Of a stretch of 64,000 nt of DNA, positions 40,839 to 52,152 are shown piece by piece; position 1 is the first letter of the stretch; every line of letters begins with the position of its first letter. The stretch covers positions 17,943 to 81,942 of the forward strand of contig CAVQEB010000001.1 in assembly GCA_963711435.1 (NCBI GenBank), given 5' to 3'. Both the position numbers and the translations under genes were made by a program. Source of the stretch: an uncultured Gammaproteobacteria bacterium. Lineage in GTDB: Bacteria; Pseudomonadota; Gammaproteobacteria; Steroidobacterales; Steroidobacteraceae. Below the pieces are notes generated by a model that saw only the letters and a program-made list of their open reading frames with translations, was not told the DNA's origin and did no database searches.

Positions 40839-41219
40839 CTAAGTCCAGCGATTGGCCTGCGTGGCAAAATGCGTGGATTGCGGGCGCACGACGCAGAAGC
40901 GCTGGCCGGTCGGCGCCTCCATGACCCACCAGGTTTTCACCTTGTTGAGGCGTCGGGCGCCGAGCGCCTCGAGCCGCCGCACTTCGGCTTCCAGATCGTC
41001 GGTCTCGATATCGAGGTGCACGCGGCTCGGATGATCGACGATCTGCACTTCGACATGCAGCGCATCGTTCGGATCATTCAGCCGCTGATAGGCGCTGGCT
41101 TCGTCGCTGCTGATTTCGCCGACCGGCATGCCGAGCGCGGCGGACCAGAATGCCGTCGCCGCCGCCAGATCGTCGGTCTGACAATCGATGATGAATCCGG
41201 CCAGTTTGCTTTTATGCAC
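40839..41219 (-). CDS. VOC/glyoxalase-family protein
   Basis: LAGFIIDCQTDDLAAATAFWSAALG, HLDIETDD; GTG 41219 preferred, TTG 41234 possible (a G7 run lies between them). Confidence 0.7.
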   Translation of the reverse strand: MHKSKLAGFIIDCQTDDLAAATAFWSAALGMPVGEISSDEASAYQRLNDPNDALHVEVQIVDHPSRVHLDIETDDLEAEVRRLEALGARRLNKVKTWWVMEAPTGQRFCVVRPQSTHFATQANRWT

Positions 41220-41283
41220 GATCCGCCCCCCCAATATCTGCCCGCAGACCGGGCCGCCGGAGCCGCGGAGACCGATCCATAAC

Positions 41284-41313
41284 GAGAAGGCCCGGATCGC
41301 TCCGGGCCTTCTC
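41284..41313 (-). terminator. strong hairpin downstream of the RRM gene
   Basis: GAGAAGGCCCGGA-TCGC-TCCGGGCCTTCTC perfect 13-bp stem; no clear U-tract on either strand. Confidence 0.45.
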
Positions 41314-41353
41314 TTCAGACGCTAACGAGTGACCTTAAAACGAGGCCGCGCGC

Positions 41354-41695
41354 TTACCAGCGATCGCCGCCGCCGCCACCACCGCCGCCGCCCCCGCCAC
41401 CGCCGCCGCGGTAACCACCACCGCCACCCGGACGGCCGCCGCCACCGGTACGCGGCTTGTCCTGGGCTTCATTGACGCGCAGCGGGCGCCCACCCATGTT
41501 GTAGCCGTTCAATCCTTGAATGGCCTTGGCCGCATCCGACTGACTCATTTCCACGAAACCAAAACCGCGCGGGCGGCCGGTCTCGCGGTCAGTCGGCAGC
41601 GACACGGACTCGACCGTACCATGCTGCGAGAACAGCGTGCGCACGTCCGCCTCCGTGGCGGTAAAGGGCAGGTTGCCAACATAAATCTTCGCCAT
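41354..41695 (-). CDS. RRM-domain RNA-binding protein with Gly-rich tail
   Basis: RNP2 IYVGNL, RNP1 RGFGFVEM; tail ...GGGGGYRGGGGGGGGGGGGGGDRW. Confidence 0.9.
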   Translation of the reverse strand: MAKIYVGNLPFTATEADVRTLFSQHGTVESVSLPTDRETGRPRGFGFVEMSQSDAAKAIQGLNGYNMGGRPLRVNEAQDKPRTGGGGRPGGGGGYRGGGGGGGGGGGGGGDRW

Positions 41696-42026
41696 TGATA
41701 ACACTCTCCAAGCTACTCGAGCAGTCCCGGGCCGCTTAACGGGTCAAAAGCCCAAGGTCCACTCCACACGGCAGGAGCATCAGCGAGGTCAGGGAGAGAG
41801 CTTCTCACGAGCCGTCGAACCGTAGTTCCTGTCACCTGATCGCAGGCAATTAGGCTCGAGCTCAGCTGCCGAGGGGCACATGGGCAAATCCGTCGCCGAC
41901 GATCGCCGGCCACTGTAGCACAGCCTCTCCCGAGGGGGTACGCGCCAGCGGTAACGGCCCCTAAGCCGGGCGGGCCGCCTGCTGCGGCCGACCCCGGGGT
42001 CTGAATGCCAGCTGTCATGAGATAAT

Positions 42027-42299
42027 GTGCAGGCCGTGAGCGATGCGCCCCGCCTGACATTTCCGTGCCAATATCCGATCAAGGTCATGGCCCGCACCGG
42101 CCCGGAACTGCGGGCGCAGCTCGATGGCATTGTGGCGCGCCACGCCGGGCCGCTGGCAGCCGATCGGATCAGCGAGCGGCCCTCCTCGCAGGGCAATTTT
42201 ATCGGCGTGACCTACCTGATTTTGGCCGAGAGCGAAGCGCAGATCGCGGCCATGTTCGCCGACCTCATGCAGTGTCCCGAGGTCATGCTGGTTCTGTAA
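42027..42299 (+). CDS. ybeD: UPF0250/YbeD-family protein
   Basis: [16 protein letters not shown]...; 90 aa; next to lipB. Confidence 0.85.
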   Translation: MQAVSDAPRLTFPCQYPIKVMARTGPELRAQLDGIVARHAGPLAADRISERPSSQGNFIGVTYLILAESEAQIAAMFADLMQCPEVMLVL

Positions 42300-42918
42300 C
42301 CAGGCGGCTTCGCCTCTCAATGCCGGCCACCAGCAGTGGCCCGAGCAAGTTCCCCACCTGCGCGACCGAGTCCGGGCCGCCACGGGAGGCGAGCTGCGTC
42401 ATCTGCAAGCCGGCATAGCCGCAGGGATTGATCCGCCCGAACGGTGCCAGATCCATATTCACGTTCAGGGCGAGGCCATGGTAGCTCCCGCCCCGGCGGA
42501 TCCGCAGACCGACGCTCGCGAGTTTGTGATTCTCAATGTAGACGCCGGGCGCGTCGGCGCGCGCGCGGGCACGGATGCCGTAGGAGGCCGCGCAATCGAT
42601 GACCGCCTGCTCCAGCGCACTGACCAGATCCCGCACGCCCAGGCCGCGCCGCCGCAGATCGATCAGCGGGTAGATGACCAGCTGCCCCGGCCCGTGGTAG
42701 GTGACCTGGCCGCCACGATCGATGCGCACCACCGGAATGTCTCCCGGCGCCAGCACGTGCGCCGGATCGGCGTTCATGCCGAGCGTGTAGACCGGATCGT
42801 GCTCGAGCAGCCAGATTTCATCGGCGGTATCGGCGTCGCGCGCGTCGGTGAAGCGCTGCATCGCACGCCAGGTCGGCTCATACGGCACGCGGCCGAGCCA
42901 CTTGAGAGCGATGCTCAC
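42283..42918 (-). CDS. lipB: octanoyltransferase
   Basis: [31 protein letters not shown]; GTG 42918 in GTGA overlap with lipA stop. Confidence 0.92.
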   Translation of the reverse strand: MSIALKWLGRVPYEPTWRAMQRFTDARDADTADEIWLLEHDPVYTLGMNADPAHVLAPGDIPVVRIDRGGQVTYHGPGQLVIYPLIDLRRRGLGVRDLVSALEQAVIDCAASYGIRARARADAPGVYIENHKLASVGLRIRRGGSYHGLALNVNMDLAPFGRINPCGYAGLQMTQLASRGGPDSVAQVGNLLGPLLVAGIERRSRLVTEPA

Positions 42919-43946
42919 GGGGCTTGCAGGACGGTGGCGCGGTTGTTCAGGCCGGCGTTGTTGCCGGCCAGCGCCTGCTCGGCCCGGTAACTGGAGCGCA
43001 CCAGCGGGCCGGCGACACACTCGCGAAAGCCACGCGCCAGCGCCGCCTGGCGCAGTTCATCAAATTGCTCCGGGGCGACAAATCGCACCACTGGCAGGTG
43101 ATTGGCCGTCGGGCGCAGATACTGGCCGAGCGTCAGCAGGTCAACGCCTGCGGCGCGCAGGTCGTCCATGGCCGTGAGGATCTCCGCTTCGGTCTCGCCG
43201 AGTCCCAGCATCAGGCTGCTCTTGGTCAGCAGCTGCGGCCGCTGCGCCTTGGCGTAAGCCAGCACGGTGAGCGTCTGCTCGTAGCCGGCGCGCGGATCGC
43301 GGACCGGGTGCGTCAGGCGCCGCACCGTCTCCAGGTTTTGCGCAAACACCTCCGGCCCGGAATCGATGACGGTCTGCACGTCGGCCTGCACACCCTGGAA
43401 ATCCGGCGTCAACGCTTCGACCGCGGTCTCAGGCGTGCGCTGCTTGATCTGCCGGATGCAGGCCGCGTAATGAGCGGCGCCGCCATCGGGCAGGTCGTCG
43501 CGGTTCACGGACGTCAGCACGACGTAGCGCAGCTTCATCAGCGCGACGCTGTCGGCGACATGCTCCGGTTCCTGCGCATCGAGCCAGCCGCGCGGATTGC
43601 CGGTATCGACCGCGCAGAAGCGGCAGGCGCGCGTGCACACGGCCCCCATCAGCATGATGGTCGCGGTGCCGGCATTCCAGCACTCCCCGATGTTGGGACA
43701 CTTGGCTTCCTCGCAGACCGTCGCCAGCGAATGCTCGCGCACCGTGCGGCGCACGAAATCGTAGCCCTCACCGGCCCCGAGGCGGGCCTTGAGCCAGCCC
43801 GGCTTGCCGCCGAGGCCGCGACGGTCGGCCGGCGCGCCGGCCTTGATGCCGTCCTTGATCGCCGTAAAACCATTGGGCGTCAGGTATTTCTCGCCGCTGC
43901 GCACCGCGCCGGCGTTGATGACCGGAATGCCCTTAAATACGCTCAT
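42915..43946 (-). CDS. lipA: lipoyl synthase (radical SAM)
   Basis: [12 protein letters not shown] and [10 protein letters not shown] clusters; start trimmed to ATG 43946. Confidence 0.96.
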   Translation of the reverse strand: MSVFKGIPVINAGAVRSGEKYLTPNGFTAIKDGIKAGAPADRRGLGGKPGWLKARLGAGEGYDFVRRTVREHSLATVCEEAKCPNIGECWNAGTATIMLMGAVCTRACRFCAVDTGNPRGWLDAQEPEHVADSVALMKLRYVVLTSVNRDDLPDGGAAHYAACIRQIKQRTPETAVEALTPDFQGVQADVQTVIDSGPEVFAQNLETVRRLTHPVRDPRAGYEQTLTVLAYAKAQRPQLLTKSSLMLGLGETEAEILTAMDDLRAAGVDLLTLGQYLRPTANHLPVVRFVAPEQFDELRQAALARGFRECVAGPLVRSSYRAEQALAGNNAGLNNRATVLQAP

Positions 43947-43982
43947 ATCCGTCGCCGCACCTTGCGCCGCCAGGCGATGAAA

Positions 43983-44007
43983 GCGGCCGGCCCGAACGGC
44001 CGGCCGC
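43983..44007 (-). terminator. candidate terminator after murU
   Basis: GCGGCCGGCC-CGAAC-GGCCGGCCGC perfect 10-bp stem; only TTT follows on the minus strand. Confidence 0.4.
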
Positions 44008-44077
44008 CAAGATGCCCATCCTGATCGAGCGGGCCTTGCCGGTCCAGTCCCGCCCCTTGCCGCAGCGCATTGCGGCC

Positions 44078-45766
<1,689 letters not shown>

Positions 45767-45848
45767 CGTGGTGTGAAGATCCTTAAGGTTGCGGGCAAAA
45801 CGTCGCGCGCCAGACACATCAGATGGGGCCGCCGCGTCGCTGCCAATC

Positions 45849-45856
45849 ATTATAAT
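45849..45856. promoter_or_regulatory. ATTATAAT: overlapping TATAAT -10 hexamers on both strands in the amgK/lptD divergent spacer
   Basis: All-A/T octamer in a GC-rich spacer; no convincing -35 seen; function inferred. Confidence 0.3.
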
Positions 45857-45866
45857 GCCCGCACAA

Positions 45867-48111
45867 ATGGTTGCCTTCACGTACTGGCGCGCTGCCGCGG
45901 GCCTGAGCCTGCTGCTGGCAGCAGCGGCGGCCCGCTCCCAGGAGGACGGCCCGTGCCAGCTCGCACCCGCGCCCCTGCGGCTGGCCGCCGCGGCGCCCGG
46001 CGCGACCGCCCAGCCGCTTAAGCTGCCATCCGCTGTCGGGGCTGCCGACCGATGTGAGCTCGACCGACGCCCATCTGCTGTCCGACGGGAGCCTGGAACT
46101 CGACGGCGACGTCATCGTGCACTCGGGCGATCGGCTGCTTACGGCACACCACGCCACTGTCGATCCGACCCGTAATCTGTTTGGCCTCGATGGCGAAGTG
46201 GTGTTTGCCGATTCGCTGGCGCGCATTGATGGCCAGACCGGCCGCTACGTGCAGTCGACCGGCTTTGCCCAGTTGAATAACACGCAATTTGAGCTGCTGA
46301 AGCAATTGGGGCGCGGCGAGGCGCTTAAGATTGAGGTACCGCATCCGGGCCTGATCGAGCTGCAGCAGGTCACTTACACCACCTGCCGCAAAGGCACCAG
46401 CGACTGGCTGCTGCGGGCCAAGCAGGTTGAGCTCAACACCGACACCCAGCGCGGCGTCGGCCATGATGCGCGGATCGAGTTCGAGGGCGTACCGATTATG
46501 TACCTGCCCTGGATCTCCTTTCCGCTCAGCGACGCCCGTCTGAGCGGCTTTCTGTTTCCAACCATCGGCAACTCCTCGCGCTCGGGTCCCAGCCTGACGA
46601 TCCCGTGGTACTGGAACATCGCCCCGAACCAGGACCTGACGCTTGAACCCACGATCTTCACCGACCGTGGCGAGGACCTTGGCGTCGAATACCGCACGCT
46701 GAGCGAGCAGAACAAGGGCACCCTGCAGGTCGATTACATGCCGGAGGACCGCACCACCGGCACCGAGCGCAGCTACCAGAAAGTCGATGACGTGCTGAAT
46801 CTGCCGGCCGATTGGCGCCTGCAGCTGCATGCCATGAATGTCAGCGACACCGCCTATTTCGACGATTTTTCGCAGGGCACGCAGCCGACCAGCACGGTGT
46901 ACCTGCCGCGGCTGCTGAGCGCGGGCTACCGCGACGACCGCTGGCAGACCGAAATTTCAATGCTGCAATTCCAGACCCTGGATCTGACCTTGCCCGACAA
47001 CGAGCGGCCCTACGCGCAGCTGCCGCGCATCGATACGATTGCGACCTTCGGTTCAGCGAGCGGGCTGCGCGCCGATGTGAGCGGCGAGCTGGTCGATTTC
47101 ACGCACGATGTCGGCGTGACCGGCTGGCGCGCCGATGTCATGCCGACGCTGTCCTGGGATCTGACGCGGCCCGGCTACTATCTGCGGCCGAGCGTCGCCT
47201 GGGAGCTGACCGGCTACCGGCTGGAAAATACTGTCCCCGGCAGCAGCGACGAGCCGACCCGCAATCTGCCGATCGTGACGGTCGACAGCGCCTTGCAGTT
47301 CGTACGCGATCCTATCGGCAGCAGCCTGCTGATCACGCTCGAGCCGCGGCTGTATTACGTCTATATCCCCTACCGCGATCAGTCCTCGCTCCCGGTATTC
47401 GACAGCGGCCTGCCCGATGCCAACACCGTGACGCTGTTTCGTCCCAACCGCTACGTCGGGCTCGACCGCATCGGCGATGCCAACGAGCTGACGCTGGGTC
47501 TGACCACGCACATGTTCCAGTCGAGCACCGGCCTGCGCTATCTGAGCGCCACGGTGGGTGAAGGATTTTATTTCGAGCAGCCGCGCGTTGATCTGCCGAC
47601 TGCGCCGCTGACCCCGGGGCTGCGCTCGGACGCCGTGGCCGACATCGATCTGACCGCCTACAAGAACTGGACCGTGCTTTATAACCTCGCCTGGAACCCG
47701 GAGCTGTCGCAGACCGACCAGAGCGAAGTCAGCCTGCAGTACCGCCCGGCCGGCAACCAGGTGATCAATCTCGGCTACCGTTTCAACCGCGGCAGCATGG
47801 AGCAGGTCGATGCTTCAGTCGCCTGGCCGGTAAGTCGCCGCTGGGACGTGTATGCCCGCAGCGTCTATTCGATGCTGGACCATCAGGCGCTCGATAATTT
47901 CGCCGGATTCCAGTACCACGGCTCCTGCTGGGGGCTGCGCCTGCTGGTGCGCAAAGCGGTCACGACCACGCCGACCCACCAGATCGGCGCCTACGACACC
48001 TCCGAATTCCTGGAACTGGAACTCAACGGGCTCTCCAGTGTCGGAAACGGAGCCGGTGCTTTCCTGCAGAGCTCGATTCAGGGATACTCTGCAAATACCC
48101 CAACCCATTGA
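45867..48111 (+). CDS. lptD: LPS-assembly protein LptD, apparent 1-nt frameshift at the GGGG run 46038-46041
   Basis: Signal peptide MVAFTYWRAAAGLSLLLAAAAA is in the frame of ORF 45789. The body (LPTDVSSTD..., YLPWISFPLSDARLSGFLFP) is in the frame of ORF 46054. Alternative ATG at 45855. Confidence 0.88.
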
Positions 48112-48128
48112 GAGCAAAAGGAAAACTG

Positions 48129-49493
48129 ATGACACGTCGCTTACCCGGGCTACTGCCGGTGCTCGCACTGCTTGGCGCTGCGGGCGCCTTCGGCGCCGCG
48201 ACGCCTGCGCCCACCACTGCGCCGGCGGCGGCTGCCCCTGTCACCCCGGCGCCGACCCGCGCCACCGCCAGTCACGGTGATCAGCTCGACCGTATCGTCG
48301 CGATCGTCAACGACGGCATGGTGCTGGAAAGCGAACTGGAGACGCAGACGGCTGAAATCAAGCGACACCTGGAGATACAAAAAGTTCAGCTGCCGCCGGA
48401 TTCCGTGTTGCGTGAGCAGGTGCTGGACCGGCTGGTATCGGAGGAAATTCAGTCCCAGCGCGCCGACCGGGCGGGTATCAAGGTTTCCGACGAGCAGGTG
48501 AACGCCGCGCTGGAAACGATCGCCAAGCAGTACAAAGTGCCGTTCGCGCAGTTGCCGGAAACACTGACCGCGCAGGGGTACGACTACACCGCTTACCGCA
48601 CCGGGCTGCGCCGCGAGATTCAGCGCCAGATGCTGCAGCAGCGCGACGTCGTGCAGCGCATCACCATTTCACCGCGGGAGCTCGATCAGTATCTGGAAAA
48701 GCAGAAGCACACCAGCTCCTCGATCAATGAGTACAACGTTTCGCACATTCTGATCGCCGTGCCGCAGGATGCGACGCCGGCGCAGCTCGCGGCAGCGCAG
48801 AAAAAAGCGCAGGAAGTCGCCGAGCGGGCCCGCGAAGGCGAAGCGTTCAACCAGCTGGCAGTCACCTATTCCGACAGCCAGACGGCGCTCGAAGGCGGAG
48901 CGCTCGGCTGGCGCAAGGGACCGGAGCTGCCGACCTTTTTGACCGATGTCATTGCCCGCATGAAGCCGGGTGACATCAGCGAACTGATCCAGACCTCGAG
49001 CGGCTTTCACCTGGTGCGCCTCAACGAGGTGCGGGTGGCCGGCGGACCGCAGATCATCCAGCAGGTGCACCTGCGCCATATTCTGATCAAGACCAATGAG
49101 GTTCAGGACGACGCCACGGTGCGGCAAAAACTCGAGGCGATGCGCACGCGGGTCCTCGCCGGCGAAGACTTTGCGGTACTGGCCAAGGCCACTTCCGAAG
49201 ACCCGGGTTCGGCCGTCAACGGCGGCGACCTCGGCTGGCAGCCGCTGCAGGTCTTCGATGAGACCTTTGCCAAGATCGCCGGTGGCCTGGCCACCAACGA
49301 GATCAGCGAGCCATTTCGGTCAAGTTTCGGCTGGCACATCGTGCAGATGCTGGGCCGGCGCGACTTTGACAACACCGACACCGCGGTGCGCGAGCAGGCA
49401 TACAACCAGCTGCGCGGCAGCCGCGTCGATGAGGCGCTCGACACCTGGCTGCAGCAGCAGCGGGATGAAGCCTACGTCGAAATCCGGCTTTGA
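48129..49493 (+). CDS. surA: periplasmic chaperone SurA (two parvulin domains)
   Basis: Signal peptide, DRIVAIVND, two parvulin PPIase-like segments; ATG 48129. Confidence 0.93.
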   Translation: MTRRLPGLLPVLALLGAAGAFGAATPAPTTAPAAAAPVTPAPTRATASHGDQLDRIVAIVNDGMVLESELETQTAEIKRHLEIQKVQLPPDSVLREQVLDRLVSEEIQSQRADRAGIKVSDEQVNAALETIAKQYKVPFAQLPETLTAQGYDYTAYRTGLRREIQRQMLQQRDVVQRITISPRELDQYLEKQKHTSSSINEYNVSHILIAVPQDATPAQLAAAQKKAQEVAERAREGEAFNQLAVTYSDSQTALEGGALGWRKGPELPTFLTDVIARMKPGDISELIQTSSGFHLVRLNEVRVAGGPQIIQQVHLRHILIKTNEVQDDATVRQKLEAMRTRVLAGEDFAVLAKATSEDPGSAVNGGDLGWQPLQVFDETFAKIAGGLATNEISEPFRSSFGWHIVQMLGRRDFDNTDTAVREQAYNQLRGSRVDEALDTWLQQQRDEAYVEIRL

Positions 49494-49520
49494 TGTTCCG
49501 GCCCGCGCGGGCCGGGCGGC

Positions 49521-50510
49521 ATGAAATCCACATCGCCACCGCGGATCGCGCTGAGCAGCGGTGAGCCGGCCGGAATCGGCCCGGACCTGTGCCTGGCGCT
49601 GGCGCAGGAAGAGCGTGATTGTGCGCTGATCTGCCTGGCCGATGCCGAGCTGCTGGCCCAGCGCGCCCGGGCACTCGGCCTTAGCTGCCGGCTGCAGGCC
49701 TATCAGCAAGGTGAGGCGATCTGCGTGGCGCCGCAAACCCTGTGCGTGGCGCACCAGCCGCTCACCGCGCCGTGCACGCCCGGGCAGCTGGAAGTGCGCA
49801 ATGCGCCGTACGTGCTCAAGCTGATCGAGCGTGCGGTCGACGGGTGCCTGAGCGGCGAATTTTCCGCCATGGTCACGGCGCCGGTGCAGAAAAGCATCAT
49901 CATCGAATCGGGAGTGGCCTTCAGCGGCCATACCGAATTCATCGCCGCCCGCTGCGGCGCGCCGTTGCCGGTGATGCTGCTGGTTTGCGGCTCGATGCGG
50001 GTCGCGCTCGCCACCACGCACCTGCCCCTGCGCGAAGTCAGTGCCGCGCTGCAGCCGGACCGGCTGGTGCGACTGCTGCAGATCGTGAACCACGACCTGC
50101 GGCGCTATTTTTCGATCGCGGCGCCACGCCTCGGCGTGTGCGGATTAAATCCGCACGCCGGCGAAGGCGGCCATCTTGGCGATGAGGAGCAGCGCGTCAT
50201 CGCGCCGGCCATCGCGCGGGCGCAGGCACAGGGCATCAACGCGCTCGGGCCGTTTGCCGCCGACACCGTGTTTCTGCCGCGGCACCTGGAGCGCTTCGAT
50301 GCCATCGTGGCGATGTACCACGATCAGGGATTGCCGGTGCTCAAGCACGCGGGCTTCGGCGAGGCGGTCAACGTTACGCTCGGTCTGCCGATCGTGCGCA
50401 CCTCGGTCGATCACGGCACGGCGCTGGACCTCGCCGGCAGCGGGCGGGCCGAGGCCGGCAGTATAAAAGCCGCCGTGGAACTGGCAGTGCAGATGGCCAA
50501 GGCGCGCTGA
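49521..50510 (+). CDS. pdxA: 4-hydroxythreonine-4-phosphate dehydrogenase
   Basis: GEPAGIGPD, FSGHTEF, NPHAGEGG, SVDHGTALD. Confidence 0.95.
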   Translation: MKSTSPPRIALSSGEPAGIGPDLCLALAQEERDCALICLADAELLAQRARALGLSCRLQAYQQGEAICVAPQTLCVAHQPLTAPCTPGQLEVRNAPYVLKLIERAVDGCLSGEFSAMVTAPVQKSIIIESGVAFSGHTEFIAARCGAPLPVMLLVCGSMRVALATTHLPLREVSAALQPDRLVRLLQIVNHDLRRYFSIAAPRLGVCGLNPHAGEGGHLGDEEQRVIAPAIARAQAQGINALGPFAADTVFLPRHLERFDAIVAMYHDQGLPVLKHAGFGEAVNVTLGLPIVRTSVDHGTALDLAGSGRAEAGSIKAAVELAVQMAKAR

Positions 50511-51292
50511 TGCGGGCGCGCAAGCGCTTCGGCCAGCACTTCCTGCACGACCCGGCCGTGATTGCGCGGATCATCGCGGCGATCGACCCACGGCCGGGGC
50601 AGGCGCTGGTGGAGATCGGACCGGGGCGCGGCGCGCTGACGGGCGCACTGCTGGCCGCTGGCTCCGGCCTCGATGTCGTCGAAATCGACCGCGACCTGGC
50701 GCAGGGCCTGCGCGAGCGCTACGCGGCCGAGTCCCGCCTGGTGGTGCATGAGGCCGACGCGCTGGAGTTTGACTGGCCGGCGCTGGCGCGAGCTCGCGGC
50801 GTGCCCCTGCGGCTGATCGGCAACCTGCCCTACAACATTTCCACCCCGCTGCTGTTCAGATTGCTGGAGCATGCCGCGAGCATTGAGGACATGCACTTCA
50901 TGCTGCAGCGTGAAGTGGTCAAGCGGATTGTCGCGGCCCCGGGAACGGCAAGCTATGGCCGCCTCGGGGTCATGCTCGCGCCCCGTGTCGAGGCCACCGA
51001 ACTGCTGAGCGTAGGGCCGGGCGCCTTCCAGCCGCCGCCGAAAGTCTGGTCGGCCGTGGTGCGGCTCGCGCCGCGGCCGGCGCCGCCGCTGTGGGCGGCC
51101 AACCCACACTACGGGGCGGTGGTCATGGCCGCCTTCGGGCAGCGGCGCAAGACGCTGCGCAATGCGCTGGCCGCCCTGTTGTCGGCCGAGCAAATCAGGG
51201 CCGCCGGCATCGATCCCGGGGCCCGCGCCGAGACCCTAAGCGCCGCGCAGTTCGGACAACTGGCGCAGGCCGCCAGCGCTGTGCTTCACTAG
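50510..51292 (+). CDS. rsmA: 16S rRNA (adenine1518/1519-N6)-dimethyltransferase
   Basis: KRFGQHFLHD, EIGPGRGALT, NLPYNISTP. Confidence 0.95.
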   Translation: MRARKRFGQHFLHDPAVIARIIAAIDPRPGQALVEIGPGRGALTGALLAAGSGLDVVEIDRDLAQGLRERYAAESRLVVHEADALEFDWPALARARGVPLRLIGNLPYNISTPLLFRLLEHAASIEDMHFMLQREVVKRIVAAPGTASYGRLGVMLAPRVEATELLSVGPGAFQPPPKVWSAVVRLAPRPAPPLWAANPHYGAVVMAAFGQRRKTLRNALAALLSAEQIRAAGIDPGARAETLSAAQFGQLAQAASAVLH

Positions 51293-51316
51293 GGCCAGCA
51301 TGCCAGGGGACTTCTC

Positions 51317-51748
51317 ATGGCCGCCTACCGGCACATCCTGATCGCCGTTGATCTGACCGAAGACAGCCACACCGTGGCCGCCAAGAGCGTCGAGCTGGCG
51401 CGGCAATGGGGCGCCACGGTGCAGCTGCTGCACGTCGTGGAATTCGTGCCGATCGAGCCGATGAGCGATGCGCTGGTGCCGGTCATGCAGATCGACGAGC
51501 AGGTGGTGGCACGTGCCCACCAGCAGATCAAGGCGCTGGCCGCTGCGGTCGGCCTGCCCGCCCACCATTACCGCGTCACCAGTGGCAACGTCAAAGCCGA
51601 AATCCTGCGTTATGCCCGTGAACTGAACGCCGACCTGATCGTACTCGGCAGCCGCGAGCGCCACGGCCTGTCGATCCTCGTCAACCTGACCGAGGACACG
51701 GTGCTGCACGGCGCGCCGTGTGACTTGCTGGCAATCCGGGTACGATAA
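51317..51748 (+). CDS. universal stress protein (UspA family)
   Basis: YRHILIAVDL..., ADLIVLGSRERHG...GAPCDLLAIR. Confidence 0.85.
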   Translation: MAAYRHILIAVDLTEDSHTVAAKSVELARQWGATVQLLHVVEFVPIEPMSDALVPVMQIDEQVVARAHQQIKALAAAVGLPAHHYRVTSGNVKAEILRYARELNADLIVLGSRERHGLSILVNLTEDTVLHGAPCDLLAIRVR

Positions 51749-51757
51749 CCACCGCCG

Positions 51758-52138
51758 ATGAACACGCCGCGCCATAGCATCAGCGTCGAAGTGCAGACCT
51801 CCTACCTGGAGGAGCAGTCCGAGCCGGCTGAGGGTCGGTTTGTGTTTTCCTACACTATTACGCTGCGCAATGACGGCGAAGTGCCGGCCCGGCTGCTGTC
51901 GCGGCACTGGATCATCACCGATTCGAACGGGCACACCGAAGAAGTGCGGGGCGAGGGTGTGGTCGGCGAGCAGCCGCACCTGCGGCCCGGCCAGGGGTTC
52001 CGATATTCGAGCGGCACGGTGCTGGAAACGCCGGTCGGCGCGATGCATGGCAGCTACCACATGCTCGGCGACGACGGCGAGCGCTTCGATGCCGCCATCC
52101 CGGCGTTCCGCCTGGCCATACCAGGCGTCCTGCACTAA
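51758..52138 (+). CDS. apaG: ApaG protein
   Basis: RFVFSYTITLRNDG...LLSRHWIITDSNG. Confidence 0.92.
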   Translation: MNTPRHSISVEVQTSYLEEQSEPAEGRFVFSYTITLRNDGEVPARLLSRHWIITDSNGHTEEVRGEGVVGEQPHLRPGQGFRYSSGTVLETPVGAMHGSYHMLGDDGERFDAAIPAFRLAIPGVLH

Positions 52139-52152
52139 GCGCCCAAGGCCGC

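Noticed and set aside
41226-41232. C7 (minus-sense G7) run as a second phase-variable tract
   Set aside because: It lies between two alternative starts of the VOC gene and probably just serves as a purine-rich RBS for GTG 41219. No frame consequence can be demonstrated.
41357-41450. Simple-sequence (GGN)n tract, considered as a noncoding microsatellite or array
   Set aside because: It is in frame and encodes the Gly-rich tail of the RRM protein.
41705-42026. Possible known ncRNA (SRP/4.5S, 6S, tmRNA, RNase P) in the long spacer upstream of the RRM gene
   Set aside because: Compared by eye with the conserved cores I remember (SRP GGAAGCAGCC, the tmRNA tRNA-like ends, RNase P GGAAAGUCC). None is present. 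Kept only as a possible leader.
42924-44024. 366-aa plus-strand ORF
   Set aside because: Antisense of lipA (radical-SAM Cys clusters are on the minus strand).
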